64,000 nt of DNA from the human T2T-CHM13v2.0 reference genome, Homo sapiens (GCF_009914755.1 NC_060935.1), one strand, 5' to 3'. Counted from the first letter of the stretch, positions 14,162 to 27,730 are shown. Notes: a model not told the origin generated them from the sequence alone. Translations and numbers: made by a program.

Positions 14162-15950
14162 GGCGCCCACAGATGGCTCCCGCCACTCACACCAGCCTCT
14201 GTATGGAGAGATGGTCAGCACCAGGGAGTCCAGAACTTCTTCTCCCCACCCAATCCCCGCCACTCAAATCCCCTGCAGAGAACTTGCCCCCACCTCTTCC
14301 CTGCTAGGGGCAAGACAGGGCAGTGACTGGAAGGATCAGGGTGATGTGACCTCTGAGCCTGGTGTTCTGTTTAAGAGCACAGACGTAGGATTAGATTGGG
14401 TTTCAAACCTGGCTCAGTCTCTCACCAGCTATGTGAGCTTGGACAATCCATGTAACTTCTCTGAGCCTCAGTCTCTTAATTTGTAATTACAGGAATAATA
14501 ATTTGAGAGTGTGACATAGTGCCTGTTGAGTGCATGGTACAGAGATGTCCATTTTCACTGACATACCTACCCTTCATCTCCTCTACCTCCCCCAAATCCT
14601 CCTCCAAGAGACCTGAATGGAGTGTCTCTCCTCTAACTACCTGCAGCTCTTCCATTTATACCCTGACCCACCTCTTAGCACAACTGCCTGAAACTGCACT
14701 CTTTTTCACACCCAGTTAGTATCAAGGTCGGGATTGCTTCCTGAATATCTTAAACCCTTCTCTCCAATCCCACAGTTACTACCCCTAATTCAGGCAACCA
14801 TCTGTTCTCTCCTGGAATACAGCAATAGCCTCTTAACTGGTGTTCTTGTCTCCTCACTGACACCTTTTCATTTATCTTCCTTGAAGCCAGAATGAATTTT
14901 CTAAAACACAGATTTGATCTTGTCAGTACTCTGTTTAAATTCCTTCAAATGTTATCCATTGTCCAAAGTCCTTATATTGACCAGTGAGGCTTAACTTTGC
15001 CCCATACCTTTTCTACAACCTCATGTCTCATAAGTCTATGATCAATCATTCCTGCTGGGTTTTTTTTTTTTTTTTTCCAGTTCCTGGAAAATTCCTTGTT
15101 CTCTTTTGCTTCTGGGAGATCAGGCATTCGTTCTCTCTGTCCTGGGATCCTTTTCCTGGCCCCTTTTCCTGGCTGATGTGACACCTACTCATCTTTCAGG
15201 TCCCCATATAAATGTCACCTCCTTTAGAAGACCTTCCATGACTACCCAGAGTCTGGCTTGGGTGCTCTACCTCTGTGTCCCTCAGCACCCTGTATTTACT
15301 CCATCCTAACTCTTATAAGCTATGCTGTAATGTTCTTCTTACTTCTCTGCTTTCTCCACTCCATGCAGTGTTATTGAGGATAGGCATTTTATTTATTTAT
15401 TTATATTTTATTTTATGTTTTCATTCTTAGCACTTAGCACAGAGCCTGACATAAAGATTGATCTATATTTACTGAATTGATTTCAGGAATTCAATAAATA
15501 TTTACTGCCTACTTTGTACAGGTGTTAGGAATGGAATGATAAAACAGACAGGGTCACTGTCCCTGTGGTGGGGAGGTGGTGGCAGATATTTTAAAAGTAA
15601 ATAATAGTGGCAGGGAAGTGATATAAAGAAAAAAGGGATGCTGTGAGAAAGAACACTTTTGATTGAGTCATCAGGGAAGGCTCTCCAAGGAGGTAACTTT
15701 TAAGCAGAATTCTGGGTGGATGGGAGAAAAATGGTATGGGTGAGGGTGAGAAACAACAGGGAGTCAGGAAGGGAAATCATTCTAGGCTGAAGAAACAGCA
15801 TGATAAAGGTTCTTAGGCAGAAGGCTCATGGAGAACCTGAAAGGACTGTGTGGTTGGAGCCAAGTCAATAAAAGGAAGAGGTGAGTTTGGGAAGATAGGT
15901 AGAGATGAGATCATGAAGGACCTTATAACCGCCATTAAGAATGTGATTTT

Positions 15951-16252
<302 letters not shown>

Positions 16253-16468
16253 TTATCCTAAGTTGGAGGGGGGGATGATGTGGTTTATAAATAAGTGAAA
16301 ATAAATTAGAAAGCTACTCTGGCAAGCTGTGAGAATTGAAGACAAAGAGAAGCCAGAGTGGAATCAGAGAAAACAGTTAGGAAGCTACCAAAGTTCTTTG
16401 GGTAAGATAATGTAGGGTATCATCTGAGCTACAAGCAAAAAGCTGGACTGATTTGAGAAATATTCATT

Positions 16469-16609
16469 GGCCGAGCAAGGTGGCTCACATCTGTAATCCC
16501 AGCACTTCGAGAGGCTGAGGAAGGAGGTTCACTTGAGCTCAGGAGTTCGAGATCAGTCTGGGCAACATAATGAGACCCCATCTCTATAAAAATAAAATAA
16601 ATAATAAAA
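16469..16609 (+). mobile_element. Alu monomer (FLAM-like)
   Basis: Left-arm motifs followed by an A-rich tail. Confidence 0.85.
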
Positions 16610-17322
16610 GAGAAATCCAAAGGACATCAAGATGAACTGGGTGTGAGAGGGATGTCAATTATGACTTAGCTTTCTCATTTTAGCAAGTGATGGGCCATGA
16701 ATAGAGACAGTGAAAGCTGAGGTGGAGCTGATTTGGGGCATTCTGTTCTATGTATGCTAAGTACAATGTGTCTCTCTGATGTCCAGGTAGAGCTGTCAAG
16801 TAAGAAACAGAATACAGGAGCTCAAGAGAAAAGTCTGGACTGGTTATTGATTTGGGATCACTAGCATATAAATGGCACTTTCAGCAATGAGAAGACATGA
16901 GCCCACCTAGGGACAGAGGGCAGACAGTGATAAGAAAAGGGCCTGGCACAAGAGAGGGGAGCCAGCAAAGGTGACTCTGAGAAAGAGAACCCAGAGAAAT
17001 GGTAGGAAAACCAAAAGAATGTGAAACCAAAGAAATCAACAGAACAGTGCAAGAAAAAGAAGGGGTGAAGTAAGAAACGGACTGAAGAGTGCCCACTAGA
17101 TTTGGCTGTGGTGGGGTGGCAGGGGCAGAAGCCACGTCAGAGTGACTGAAGAGTAAATGGGAGATGAAGTTAACACAGCAGATGTAGACAATACATGGCA
17201 GGGATTTGGTCATGAAGGGTGGCAGAACAACAGCTGGATTACTCCAAAATAGGCAATGAATAGGACCAGGTCACCATTGTCTGTGCTGTTGGATGCATTA
17301 TGAGCCTTTTTCTAAAGACTGT

Positions 17323-17358
17323 GAATGAATGAATGAATGAATGAATGAATGAATGAAT
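17323..17358 (+). repeat. (GAAT)9 microsatellite
   Basis: Nine perfect copies. Confidence 0.95.
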
Positions 17359-18864
17359 GCAGGAGCGAGTCTAGATTTGGGGAGGGATAGAAGGGCTGAG
17401 TTGCTGTGCCTTATGTTTGTGTAAGGGTGGGCCTGGGTAGAGTGTGAAGGGCATGCCTGAAAGTATCCTCTGCTGATGTAGACACTGGCATCCTGATGTT
17501 CTCTCTACAGTTGTAATGGGTTCTGGAGTCTGAAGACTTAATACCAGGAAAACATAGCAGGAGGGAGGACAGATTGAAGGTTGGCGGAAGGACCAGGAGG
17601 CGGGAGGCAAGCTGAAGCCTCTGTCTGGTGAAGGGAAAGGCTGGGAGGAAGAGTGGGAGTGGTCTGCTGGGTCCTGCTGGGGTAGCTGGATGCCAGGCTC
17701 CACCTCTCTCCAAGCCTAGGGGCTCTCCCAGACTGTCACACAGGGGCGGGGATTGGGCTATGTCCAAGGACCAATAGCTCCTCCCCCACTCCTCCCCTTC
17801 CTGCTTCAGTTCCCCTCCCAGACTTACTGGGCATGCAGCCGCTGAGGCCATACCCCTGCCTGAATCTGAGATTCTCTTCCTCCCGTGGGGTCCTAGCTCT
17901 TCCATCCCACTGTGCTCTAGAGATTTGCCCCCAAGATCCTATAGGTGGTGGTTCAAGTGAACTGTTTATCACAGCAGACACTTATAAGGCCTTGGTCTCA
18001 GAGCCAGACTTTACTCTCCTTTCTCATACTGCCTTCTGCTATCCCTGTATTGGTTATTCCCACCATACTTTATGGCTTAGTTCTCAAGGCACCTCACTCC
18101 CTCATTCAGCATTCACTTGACACTGCTGCTAGGCCTGGGGACACAAAGACAAATAGTCACAGCTCAGCCTTCATGGATTCCACAATCTAATAAATAGATT
18201 ACTGCAATGTAAAGTGGTGAAGACCATGATGAGGAAGCACCAATTGCTCCAGGAGTACAAAGGTTACCTAACCTAGATCTGGAGCAGGGGTGGGTCCAGA
18301 GGTTGGAGGCCAACCTTTCTCCTAAAGAAAGTAACTTTAGTAACTCCTAAAGAAAGTAACGTTCAAGCTGAGGATGAGTTACAGAGAGTATGGTGCCTTT
18401 TGCATCAGGAGGCTGAATCAGACACTGTGATGGGAGGGCTAAGAAACAAGATGGAGAGGTAGGCAAAAGATATATCATGCAATGCCTTGTTGGTCTTATT
18501 AAGGAGTTTAGACTTTACGCTTACCTGCTAGGGGATGAAGGATTTATCCAAAAAGCAAAGGAAAACTTTGGTAGTGGTGAGGGCTATTAAGTATAGAGTG
18601 ACAAAAGTACATTTTTGGCTGCTATGTGGAAAATAGTTTAAAGGGCAAGGACGGAAAATTAAGAAACTGCCTTGATTAGGAGAATAGCAAAGACAGGCCA
18701 AGATAAATCAATTTTGCAGGGGGATATCAACTGAACTTGGTGGCTGGGTATTTACATGTGAAGAGTTAGGGGAGAAGAAGGAATTAACAGATGATTCTTT
18801 GGAAACTCTCAAAGAAGAGCAGTTTGGATGAGAGGGTGATAAGTTTGGTGTTTATCTTTTAAGG

Positions 18865-19039
18865 TTTTTTCAGTTTTGTTTTTGTTTTTTAAGAGACAGG
18901 GTCTTACTCTGTTGTCCAGGCTGGAATGTGGTGTTATGATCATAGCTCACTGTAGCCTCAAACTCCTGGGCTCAACTAATCCTCCTGCCTTGGCCTGCCA
19001 AAGCGTGGGGGTTGCAGGCATGAGCCACAGCACCCAGCT
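18865..19039 (-). mobile_element. Alu monomer / partial Alu
   Basis: Antisense Alu motifs over ~170 bp. Confidence 0.8.
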
Positions 19040-21959
19040 AGAGTTCACTGTTTAATGTGATGAATCTGAGGTGCCTATGGGATGTAATTCAAGTGGAGAG
19101 GTCCAGTTGGCAGTTGGAAAGATACGCTGAAGCCTAAGAGAGAGGTCTGGCCTGGAGACATGAATGTGGATGTTGGTGCAGAGATGGTTCCTGAAGCCAT
19201 GGGCGTGGATGACATTACCCTGAGAGGGTAAAGAGAGAAAGGAGGGTCTATCACCAAGTCCCAAGGAACCTCAATATTTAAGAGATAGGCCCAGGAAGCA
19301 GAGTCTGCAAAGAAGATTGAGAAGGCACAACCAGAGAAGCAAGAGAATCAGGAAACAGATGTCATGAATGCCAAGGGAGAAGAGAACTTCATGAACAAGG
19401 GAGTGAAATGCTGCAGAGGTCCCATTATTTAAGCCCCAAAGAGGCTTTCATTAACCTCAGAGCATGTGGTTTTCAGGGGATGGAGGACAGGAAGCCAGAT
19501 GCAGGGAGTCAAGCAAGAAGCTGATTGTGAACAAATGAAGACAGCCAGTGCTGACTCCACTAGATCCTGGACATCTGCAAAGGATGTGTTTCAAGGCTTT
19601 TCAGTTTCTCCAAATTCTCAAATAGCATTAATTTTCCCCAGGACTTCCTCCTACAATCTCACAGGATTCCCAGTACACATGAGTTACACAGTTGTGAATG
19701 GAGGTAACCAAGGCATTGTTGAAAATGGATGCGAGAGGTCAGCTAGGCTCATTTGCTTGCTAAAATAACTCACGTCTACTCACTAGCTTCCAGGTTTATC
19801 TGATCATTTGAGACCTCAAAAAAATGACAAATGACTGCAGGTTACAGTCTTTGGGCTTTCTCTGAAACAAATGAAGCCTTGGATGAGGCAAAGTCCTTAA
19901 AGCCAATGAATCCTTTAAATAAGATTAGCAGGGAAGGAAAGCAATGAAATTCATGGCCATCTCCCCCAACATTGCCAGACTGAGTAAAGTGAATGAACCA
20001 TTCAATCAAACTTCTCTGGGCACACTGTGGGCCAGGTCCTTCAGCTGTGAAATAGAGACACAAAGCTGAATCAGACACACTCCCTGTCTTTCACAAGTTT
20101 TTAGACTAATGTGAGAAACAGAAATGGAAACACGTAACTACAATGTGATAAGTACCATGATATTGACATGTTCAAATTGCTACAGCAGCAAACTGGAGGA
20201 AGTACCTAACTCTGAGGATGGTACAGAATAAAGAAGGCTTCCAGAGGAAGGGGTATTTGAGCTGGGTCTTGAGAGACAAATAGGACATTGATACGTACAT
20301 TGGGAAAACAGTGAGTAAAGAAACAGAAACATGAGAAACTAAGAAATATGGAACAGATGGACAAGATTGCAAATCTCCAAAAGGCAGAGGTTATACATGA
20401 TGCTTTTACATCCTAAAAGCATAAAAATAAATATGCTAAAAATAAATAAATCTAAATAAATAAATAAATAAAAGGCACCACCACTCACCCACCCACACAA
20501 GCGAGAACCCTGGTAGTCTTCTCAATTACACCTTTTCTTTCACCTTTCAGATACAAGCTATGACTACATCCTCAATTCTGCCTCTGAAATTTGGCTAGGT
20601 TTAAAAAGTTAGGAGATCTAGGATCTAGTCCTAATGCTGTAACTAACTCCACTAACACAAGGTGAAACTCTAGGTAAGTTCCAACCCCATTCCCTTATTT
20701 GTAAATTGGGAGAAGAGGGATGTTTTCTCAAAATCTGAGATTCCCAAGGTTCCCTCTCAAGCCAAGGGCTTCCACAGATTGTACCATGAGCCCATGATTA
20801 AATCCCATCTTGTACTACCTCGATGATTTGACTTCTAGTTTCCACTGTTAGGCTAAATGTGTTAGAGGATGGTCTTAGTTGCCTCCCCTCCACACTCCCC
20901 CTGCCCCCTCGCCCCCGTAAATAAATGTTTGCTGAGTTTTAAGTCACCTGTGACACTCTATGAACGCTCTCTATTCTAACCATATGGTTTTTCTGCTTTT
21001 CTGAACCTGGGCTATACTATCCCAACGATGGACTCTTTGCTCAAGTTCTCTCGGCAAGAATGCCATTGTCTCCTAAGTGGCTGTGGCAGTACCTGGCACA
21101 CAGGAAGTACTCAGTATATGTTGGTTACAGGAGAGCTCTGTTTAAATCTCTGCAGTTCCCTTTCATCAGAGAGAGATGCAAAAGTAATGGCAGTAACAAG
21201 ACAAGTGAATAAAGTCCCAAGAAGAGAGACCTCTGCTTAATATAAGGAAGCTTTTCCACAGCAGAAAGTAGCAAGTGCTCTGTCACTGGAGGCATACAAG
21301 CCCAAGGAGGCAGGGCTACTGTCAGGCCTGCAGCTCTGATTCCAATTCTGCAGCAAATCATCCCCTGCTTAGGGGATGAATGGGCACCAGTGAGCTAGAC
21401 AGACTGGCCAAGGGAGACCTGTGATGTTTTCTGCACCTGCTGTGACCTCCCAGATGTGATCTTCCTGCTAGGGCCAGTCCTGAGTTTCTGTTGTCCACAT
21501 CAGAGAACCCCCACACCAAGAACAAGCCCAGGGCCTGCCCTCAGTCGAACTGACCTCCCTGGGGTGCAGCCTGCCCCTCCAACCTGCAACCATCTGTCCC
21601 TGCAGGTTTGCAGCCCAGGATCTGAAGCCAATTGCAGAAGGGAGGAGGTCAGAACCAGGGAGGGGCCTGGGGTCCTCCAGGCAGGGCTCAGGCTACAGGA
21701 GAACCAGAGGGGTCCTTTCCTACAAAAAAACAGCCTCCACATGAGGCTTTCTGTCCACAGAGCAGTGCATGGGGAGGAAAGGGTGTCCTCCATCCTGACT
21801 GGTGGGCCTGTGGGTACCAGAGGATGGAAGGGGCGGGGGGTGGGGTAGGGTGGGGGTGGGGGAGCAAGGGGTGGAGGTGTCTGCACCAGGGAGAAAAGAG
21901 CCCTTCAGACAAGATGGGCCACAATATTCCAGAGTCCCACTCAGCACGCACCACCACCA

Positions 21960-22900
21960 CCACCCTCGGCCGCAGCGTTCAGCACCCTCCGCCAACACAC
22001 ACAAGCTCCCAAACCCCGCGCTCCCCCAAGGAACCATCACCCATCCACCCGCGCCTCCCCGCCTCAAAACAGGGACCTCACGTGAGCAGCCACAGCCCGA
22101 AGAATCCCCCTGCTGCTCTCACGGACATGGACACGCCTCACGTGGGCAGAGAGAGGCACAGCTTTTGAAAATCATCTGTGCCCCCACCCACAGACGCTCC
22201 GACCCAGACCCGGGCTGACAGGAATACAAACGCACCCTTGGGGCCCGCCCGTCGCACTCACCGCGTTGGAACAGGATGCGAGGGCAAAGCTCGGACTGCG
22301 GCCACTCTGAAGGGCCCGCGGCGCTGCTACTGCTGCCAGCGCCCGTCCGCCCGGCCCTGCCCGCGCCTCCGCCTGTCCCCGCGCCGGCGCCGCCGCCGGA
22401 CTAGCCGCACAGGCCGGAGGGAGGGGCCGGGGCGGGGCTGCGGACCGGCCGGGGGAGGGGGTGACTCCAGTAGGGAAGACCCACCCACGCCCCGCCCGCC
22501 GCCGCGGAGGCCCCGCCCACCCCGCCTGCCCACCCCTACCGCACCCGCACGCCCCCCCGCCAACGCCTCCACCTCCTGCGGACGCTGCCTCCTTGGTGCT
22601 GCTAGGGAGCCGGCGAGCCGGCGAGCCGGATCCCGGATCTCGGATCCCGGATCTCCGCCAGCTGCCTCCGGCTCCGGGAAGGGCGGTGTAGTCGGTCTCA
22701 GGGATTGAGATGAGACTCCGTCAAGAAAAGGCAGCTGGGGCAGCAGGGATTTCGGACTCTGGGAGCCTGTCTGGGCCGCCTGCCTCCTGGAGGCGCCCTT
22801 TCCGGCTTCCTTGGAGTGCTCCTATGGAATATGCTAGTCTATCGGCTGACCAGGAAGACGTAGAAACCGTCTGTACCTCAGCACGATCTCTGGGCGGCAG
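21960..22900. promoter_or_regulatory. CpG island / TRIM3 promoter
   Basis: Very high GC and CpG density; several GC boxes (ggggcggggc, ccccgccc). Confidence 0.85.
22262..22420 (-). other. TRIM3: TRIM3 non-coding exon 1 (5' end approximate)
   Basis: Consensus donor GCG|gtgagt at 22262/22261 inside the CpG island upstream of exon 2. Confidence 0.75.
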
Positions 22901-24150
22901 AAGGGCAGTACCCAGAACTCTGGGAGAAGGAGTTAAGGGGTAGAAAGGTGGGGGATTTGATTAGGCTTTGGGCGCTTCAGGAGCCCCCTCCTGAGGAAAT
23001 TCTGGTTCAGACCATCCAGCGACTCCCTTCCTCACACCAAAGACACTGGACAATTCTCAGAATCATCGCCTTGTGCAAAAAGCAGCCCCAAGTGGAAAAT
23101 AATTCTAACAGTTTACAGGGACTGAGTGGTTATTATGTGCCGACACAGAACTAGCCACTTTACATATATTATTTAATAGTCAGTAGGTAGCATCTTTTAT
23201 TAGCCCAATTTTACAATGGGAAAAAATAGGGATCTTGCTCCCCAGACGTTAGCCCTCATCACTCAGCTAGAAAGTGGCAGAACCTGGAGTTGAGCCCTGT
23301 TTTTAGGCCCTACAACCAGCATTTGGAGACTCGGTACCTTTCATGTTGAAAAATCCCCAGTGGCCCATTAAGTGGCAGCTCATATAAGGACCACCTTCCC
23401 TGCCCCAAAAATCAAGCTCTAGTCAGATGATTGCAGGCTGATCAAAGCCCAGAAGACTGTCTGGGAGCTGCAGTATCCATGACAAAGGGCAAAGTCATGC
23501 CTGTGAGGATCCCTGCACTATGGGAATCTGCTGAGTGGGTCTTCCCCTTCCTCCAGCCTTCCAGAGGTGGGGAAAATCCTGAAAAATTCTGGTTTCCTTG
23601 GCCAAAGGGCATACAGGTGATGACACCTAGCCCTGACTAAACCAAAGTGCTGTTAGGGATCTTTCTTGTGACCTCTCCACAAGGTTCAGATTTAGGCTCA
23701 ACACCTGGGTGCAGCAGGAGCTTTGGGAACCGCCTCAACCTCTTATCCACCTGAGTTCAGCACATAGCACAAGATGCTCCAGTGCTTGTGAAGGAAACCC
23801 AGACGGGGATCATGCTTGCAGTTTTGGGCTGGGGCTACTATGCTACCCAAGATGAGGGAACTGGAGTCTAGATGACACTATCTTAAGCCTCAGAGGACTA
23901 CTTTTCTCAACTCTATACTTCTCCCATGCAGTCAAATTTCTGCTTAAAACACTTCTCAGCTCCTTCTCCAGAGGGCAAAAGTCCTTAACCAGCCTGCAGT
24001 CTTCATCTAGCCACTCCCTCTTCATTTTTCATTCCAAGCAATTCCTCCCAGTTCCTACTCAGAGCCTTCATTATATGCTAGCCTCTCTGCCTGGGATGCT
24101 CTTCCCTTTACCCTGCCTGTTTGTCATCTACTCACCCTTCAGGTCTCAGC

Positions 24151-24460
24151 TTTTTTTTTTTTTTTTTTTGAGATGGAGTCCCGCTCTGTTGCCCAGGCTG
24201 GAGTGCAGTGGCGCAATCTTGGCTCCACTGCAAGCTCCGCCTCCCGGGTTCACACCATTCTCCTGCCTCAGCCTCCCGAGTAGCTGGGACTACAGGACTA
24301 CAGGCGCCAGCCACCGTGCCGGGCTAATTTTCTTGCATTTTTAGTAGAGATGGGTTTTCACCGTGTTAGCCAGGATGGTCTTGATCTCCTGACCTGGTGA
24401 TCCGCCCGCCTCGGCCTCCCAAAGTGCTGGGATTACAGGAGTGAGCCACCGCACCTGGCC
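24151..24460 (-). mobile_element. AluY-like element
   Basis: TSD aggtctcagcttt; AluY-type gcaagctccgcc and ccattctc; internal 8-nt duplication ggactaca. Confidence 0.93.
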
Positions 24461-25005
24461 AGGTCTCAGCTTTCAAACTGACATCCCCATTTCCACCCCA
24501 GTCCATGCCAGATGCCCCTCCTTTGTGCTCCCACAGCGCCCTCTGTACTTCTGTATCCTAATACTTATCACTGTTTTGTAGTTGCCTGGTTACTTCTTTC
24601 CCTCAGTAGGCCCTAAGCACTGTGGGCAGGGACCGTGTTTTATTCACTGATGTTTCCCCAGGGCCTAACGCAGTCCCTGGCAAATGAAAGCACTCAGTAA
24701 ATATTTGCTGTATGAATGAATGCATGATGAAGGTCAGCAAACCCAACCCCCTCTGGATCTGGTGCTCTTAAGATCCATAGCTATCTTGGTGCTGGCTAAA
24801 GGACAAAGCTTTGGCTCCAACTGAGGCTGGGAGAGAAGACTGGGCCTTCAAACCATCTCTGAAACCTGTGACTTCAGCTGCCTGGCCCCAGCTCTTTTGA
24901 CTTGATAGGGTTCTGGTGTTTGATTAGACTGAGCTTGTCTCCACCCAGGCCACCCTCCTAGAGTCCCCGACAAATTGACCTCGCTGGGCCTGCTTTTATG
25001 AAAGG

Positions 25006-25011
25006 TTTATT
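25006..25011 (-). terminator. Probable ARFIP2 polyadenylation signal (AATAAA)
   Basis: tttatt on the + strand about 575 nt after the ARFIP2 stop codon. Confidence 0.6.
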
Positions 25012-25584
25012 CCTAGTGCTAGATCCCAATCTTCTTGGGCTCTAAGCACAATTAAACTGGGTGGGTGGGTGAGGGTAGGCCTATTCAGATGCAAGGCCAG
25101 CAATGGGGCTCCCCATTATCCCCACCCCTTTGGTCCCAGTCCCCTTCTCTGCAATGGGCACGCATAGAGGAGAGACAAAGGGTATTAGACGCAACATCAT
25201 TGGCCCAGGGGAGTCCGAGAAGAGCTGCCATTGGCTGACAGGGCATTTTCAGGCTCTGTCATTGGTCAGGGAGCACACCCCAGCCTGAAGAGTGATGCCA
25301 TTGGCCAGGGAGTGGTTTTGTCATAGCCGTTGGCTGTGAAGTGGAAGGAAAAGATCTGGGAATGAAGCCCTGTGGCCAGGAAGATAGACAGGGCAGCAAC
25401 TTCTGGGCCTCCAGGCCCTCTTCCCACCATAGCAATGTGGGCAAAACTGGTGTCAGGCCCCAGCCAGAAAAAGGAGCCCAAGCCAGAGGGCAAGTGACAA
25501 AGGATGTACCATGTCCAATCTCCCACACCCTGGGGCTGCCCTTCCCAATGTCTTTCTTGATAGCCAAGTTGGGCTGGGAGCAGC

Positions 25585-25740
25585 TCACTGCTCCTCTAGC
25601 CAGGAGGGTTTCTCAGCTCCTGGAGGCCGCAGCTTGATGTTGAACTGCTGCAGGGTCTGCTCCAGCTGTTTCTGGTTCCCAGCAAAGTAGGCGGACACAG
25701 CATTGTGGAAGAGCAGCAGCTGCTTGTGCATCACCTTGAT
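25585..25740 (-). CDS. ARFIP2: ARFIP2 last exon ([23 protein letters not shown]...WLEEQ*)
   Basis: ccag|ATC acceptor; TGA at 25587-25585; CDS total 1026 nt = 341 aa plus stop. Confidence 0.96.
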   Translation of the reverse strand: MKVMHKQLLLFHNAVSAYFAGNQKQLEQTLQQFNIKLRPPGAEKPSWLEEQ

Positions 25741-26189
25741 CTGGGGGTCCAGCAGGGTCAGCTAAGGCTGGACTCAGGCGCCCTTCTTGAGGGTCTATGA
25801 GCCTGAGCCCAGGCACAGACCAGGGGCACAAGGACTCTGCTCTGATGGTGCTTTTGGGGTAGGGGCTGAACTCTACCCAGGGAGTCAAAGGAGAAGGGTC
25901 AGTATGATGGAAGAAACCTCACTGGATTTGTGGGCCTAGGGTTTTTGTACCCCAGCTCAGGGGGTGATTTTTCCCAGTTATGTTCCTGGGACCAGCAGCC
26001 AAATCCTCCAACAGGAAAGGGCCAGGAATTGGAGGGAGGGTGATCTGGAAAGGCCCAGGGGTTGAGGGGGTGAACACTCTACTCCCCAGCTAGGCTGCAT
26101 TTCCTCATTCAATAATGGGGAGGGTCTGAGGGGAAGGTTAGTGTTACAGATGGAAAGGTGGGCTAGGGTCAAGGGGGTGGGGTTGGCAC

Positions 26190-26364
26190 CTTGTTTTCTT
26201 CCAGGAACTTGAGCTTGATGGCCACATCTCCCCGCAGCTTCTCATACTTGTCCCGATGGGCCTGGAAAGTGGCCTGGGCACTCTCAAGTCGACCACGTGT
26301 CCCTGCATCCCGGGGGCCTAGACTCAGCTCCTCTAAGTCTGTTCGGTAGGCATCATATTCCAGC
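26190..26364 (-). CDS. ARFIP2: ARFIP2 exon 7 (arfaptin-homology/BAR domain)
   Basis: [13 protein letters not shown]...KLKFLEENK; GT-AG; 175 nt. Confidence 0.96.
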
Positions 26365-26512
26365 CTGGGGAGGGGGTGATAAAGGCTGGTCTCCACTCCT
26401 TTATCCTCAACACATACTCTCCTTTCCTTCCTGAATTCTTATGCCCCTAATGCCCAGATTTCCACCCATACCAGCCAACTCCCCAAACCCTAAGCCCTGC
26501 CAGTGCCCACAC

Positions 26513-26670
26513 CTGGCAGCCTCATACTGTTTCACAGTCATGAGCGTGTCTTCCATGGTCTTGGTGACCAATGTGTTGATGCTAGAGACAAAGAAGTTCA
26601 CGGCTCCTAGCAGCGTTTCCCCATTCTTGCATAGTAGTTTCTGTGTCTCTGCATTGTAGCCAAATTCCTC
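26513..26670 (-). CDS. ARFIP2: ARFIP2 exon 6
   Basis: [27 protein letters not shown]...KQYEAAR; 158 nt. Confidence 0.96.
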
Positions 26671-27209
26671 CTGAGGGCAGAAGGGAGGAACAGACCTTGA
26701 ATAACACTCCCTACCTGACTGAAGCTGTAGAGCCCTTCATTCCCCTCCTCCCCGGGGAGGACACAGCCAGCAAAACTGGAACAACCAAGGACTGCCTCCA
26801 GCAAGGCTCTCTTAGCCGGAAAGTTAGTGGGATCACCCTGGGGATACCTGGGGTAGGAATGTGGGTGGTGGGCATTCTTGGGTAAGTTCACAAGACTGGA
26901 ACAGTCTGAGAGCTAGTGTGGCAAGCAGGGGAGGGGCTCTGATTAGGCTGAGCACGAAGGCATTCTCCCCAGTGCAGAGAGGGGTTATTTGTGAGGCACC
27001 TAGTGTGCCCCCTCCCCCACCCCCTCCAACTTCTGGACCTCTGTACAAACCCTTAGGCTGCCTCCACAGGTGAGTGCTGCTGGGGGTAGGGCTGGGCCCA
27101 CCCTGAAGGGGTTCTCCCTGTGGGCTGCAGGAGGGAGGGAGGATGAGGAATGACTGCCTGGGAGGGCCCATGCCCAGTTCCCCCACCCTCTTTGGTCTGG
27201 GTGAGGCAC

Positions 27210-27431
27210 CTGAAGCTCTGGGGACTTCTGGCTGAGGTCAGCAAAGGCATCACCCAGTGCATGCTGGGTCTGCAGCAGGCTGTAGAGGTGGGCTGTCAGT
27301 GCCCGGCCCAGCTGCAGGACACTCTCATACTTGCGCTTCGTCTCACGCAGCAACTCAATCTGCAGCTCTAGCTCCAGGTCCACAGTCCGTGAGCCTCGAC
27401 CAAATCGTTCTGATAACAGTTGCTTTGTGCA
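27210..27431 (-). CDS. ARFIP2: ARFIP2 exon 5
   Basis: [22 protein letters not shown]...QKSPELQ; 222 nt. Confidence 0.96.
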
Positions 27432-27611
27432 CTGATTGGGAAATGGGGGAATAAATCAGAGACCCTAACAGCCTCCCCACACAACAGGTATCTACCCCAG
27501 CACCCCCCAGGCTCCTACTCTCAGCCACAGATGGGATATTACGATCACGAGGAAAAGGGAAAAAGGTACCCATAAGGAGTTTTGGGGAAGGGAGAGGTGC
27601 TTAAATCCTAC

Positions 27612-27730
27612 CTTATAGGTGTTGATGCCCCATTTCTTGACGATGTCAAACTTTTCTCCAGCAATGCCCCGAGCCACCTCATCTCCAGGGCCAGAAGGAG
27701 TGGTGCTGTGAGATGGATGGCGGCCAGACC
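27612..27730 (-). CDS. ARFIP2: ARFIP2 exon 4 (includes amphipathic helix region [14 protein letters not shown])
   Basis: ttag|GGT and AAG|gtagga; 119 nt. Confidence 0.95.

Noticed and set aside
18319-18360. 17-nt direct repeat ctcctaaagaaagtaac, two copies
   Set aside because: Small slippage duplication in repeat-derived intron sequence; not an array.
21456-22943. Several 115-178 aa Pro/Arg/Gly-rich ORFs
   Set aside because: Expected from stop-codon scarcity in a CpG island; low complexity.
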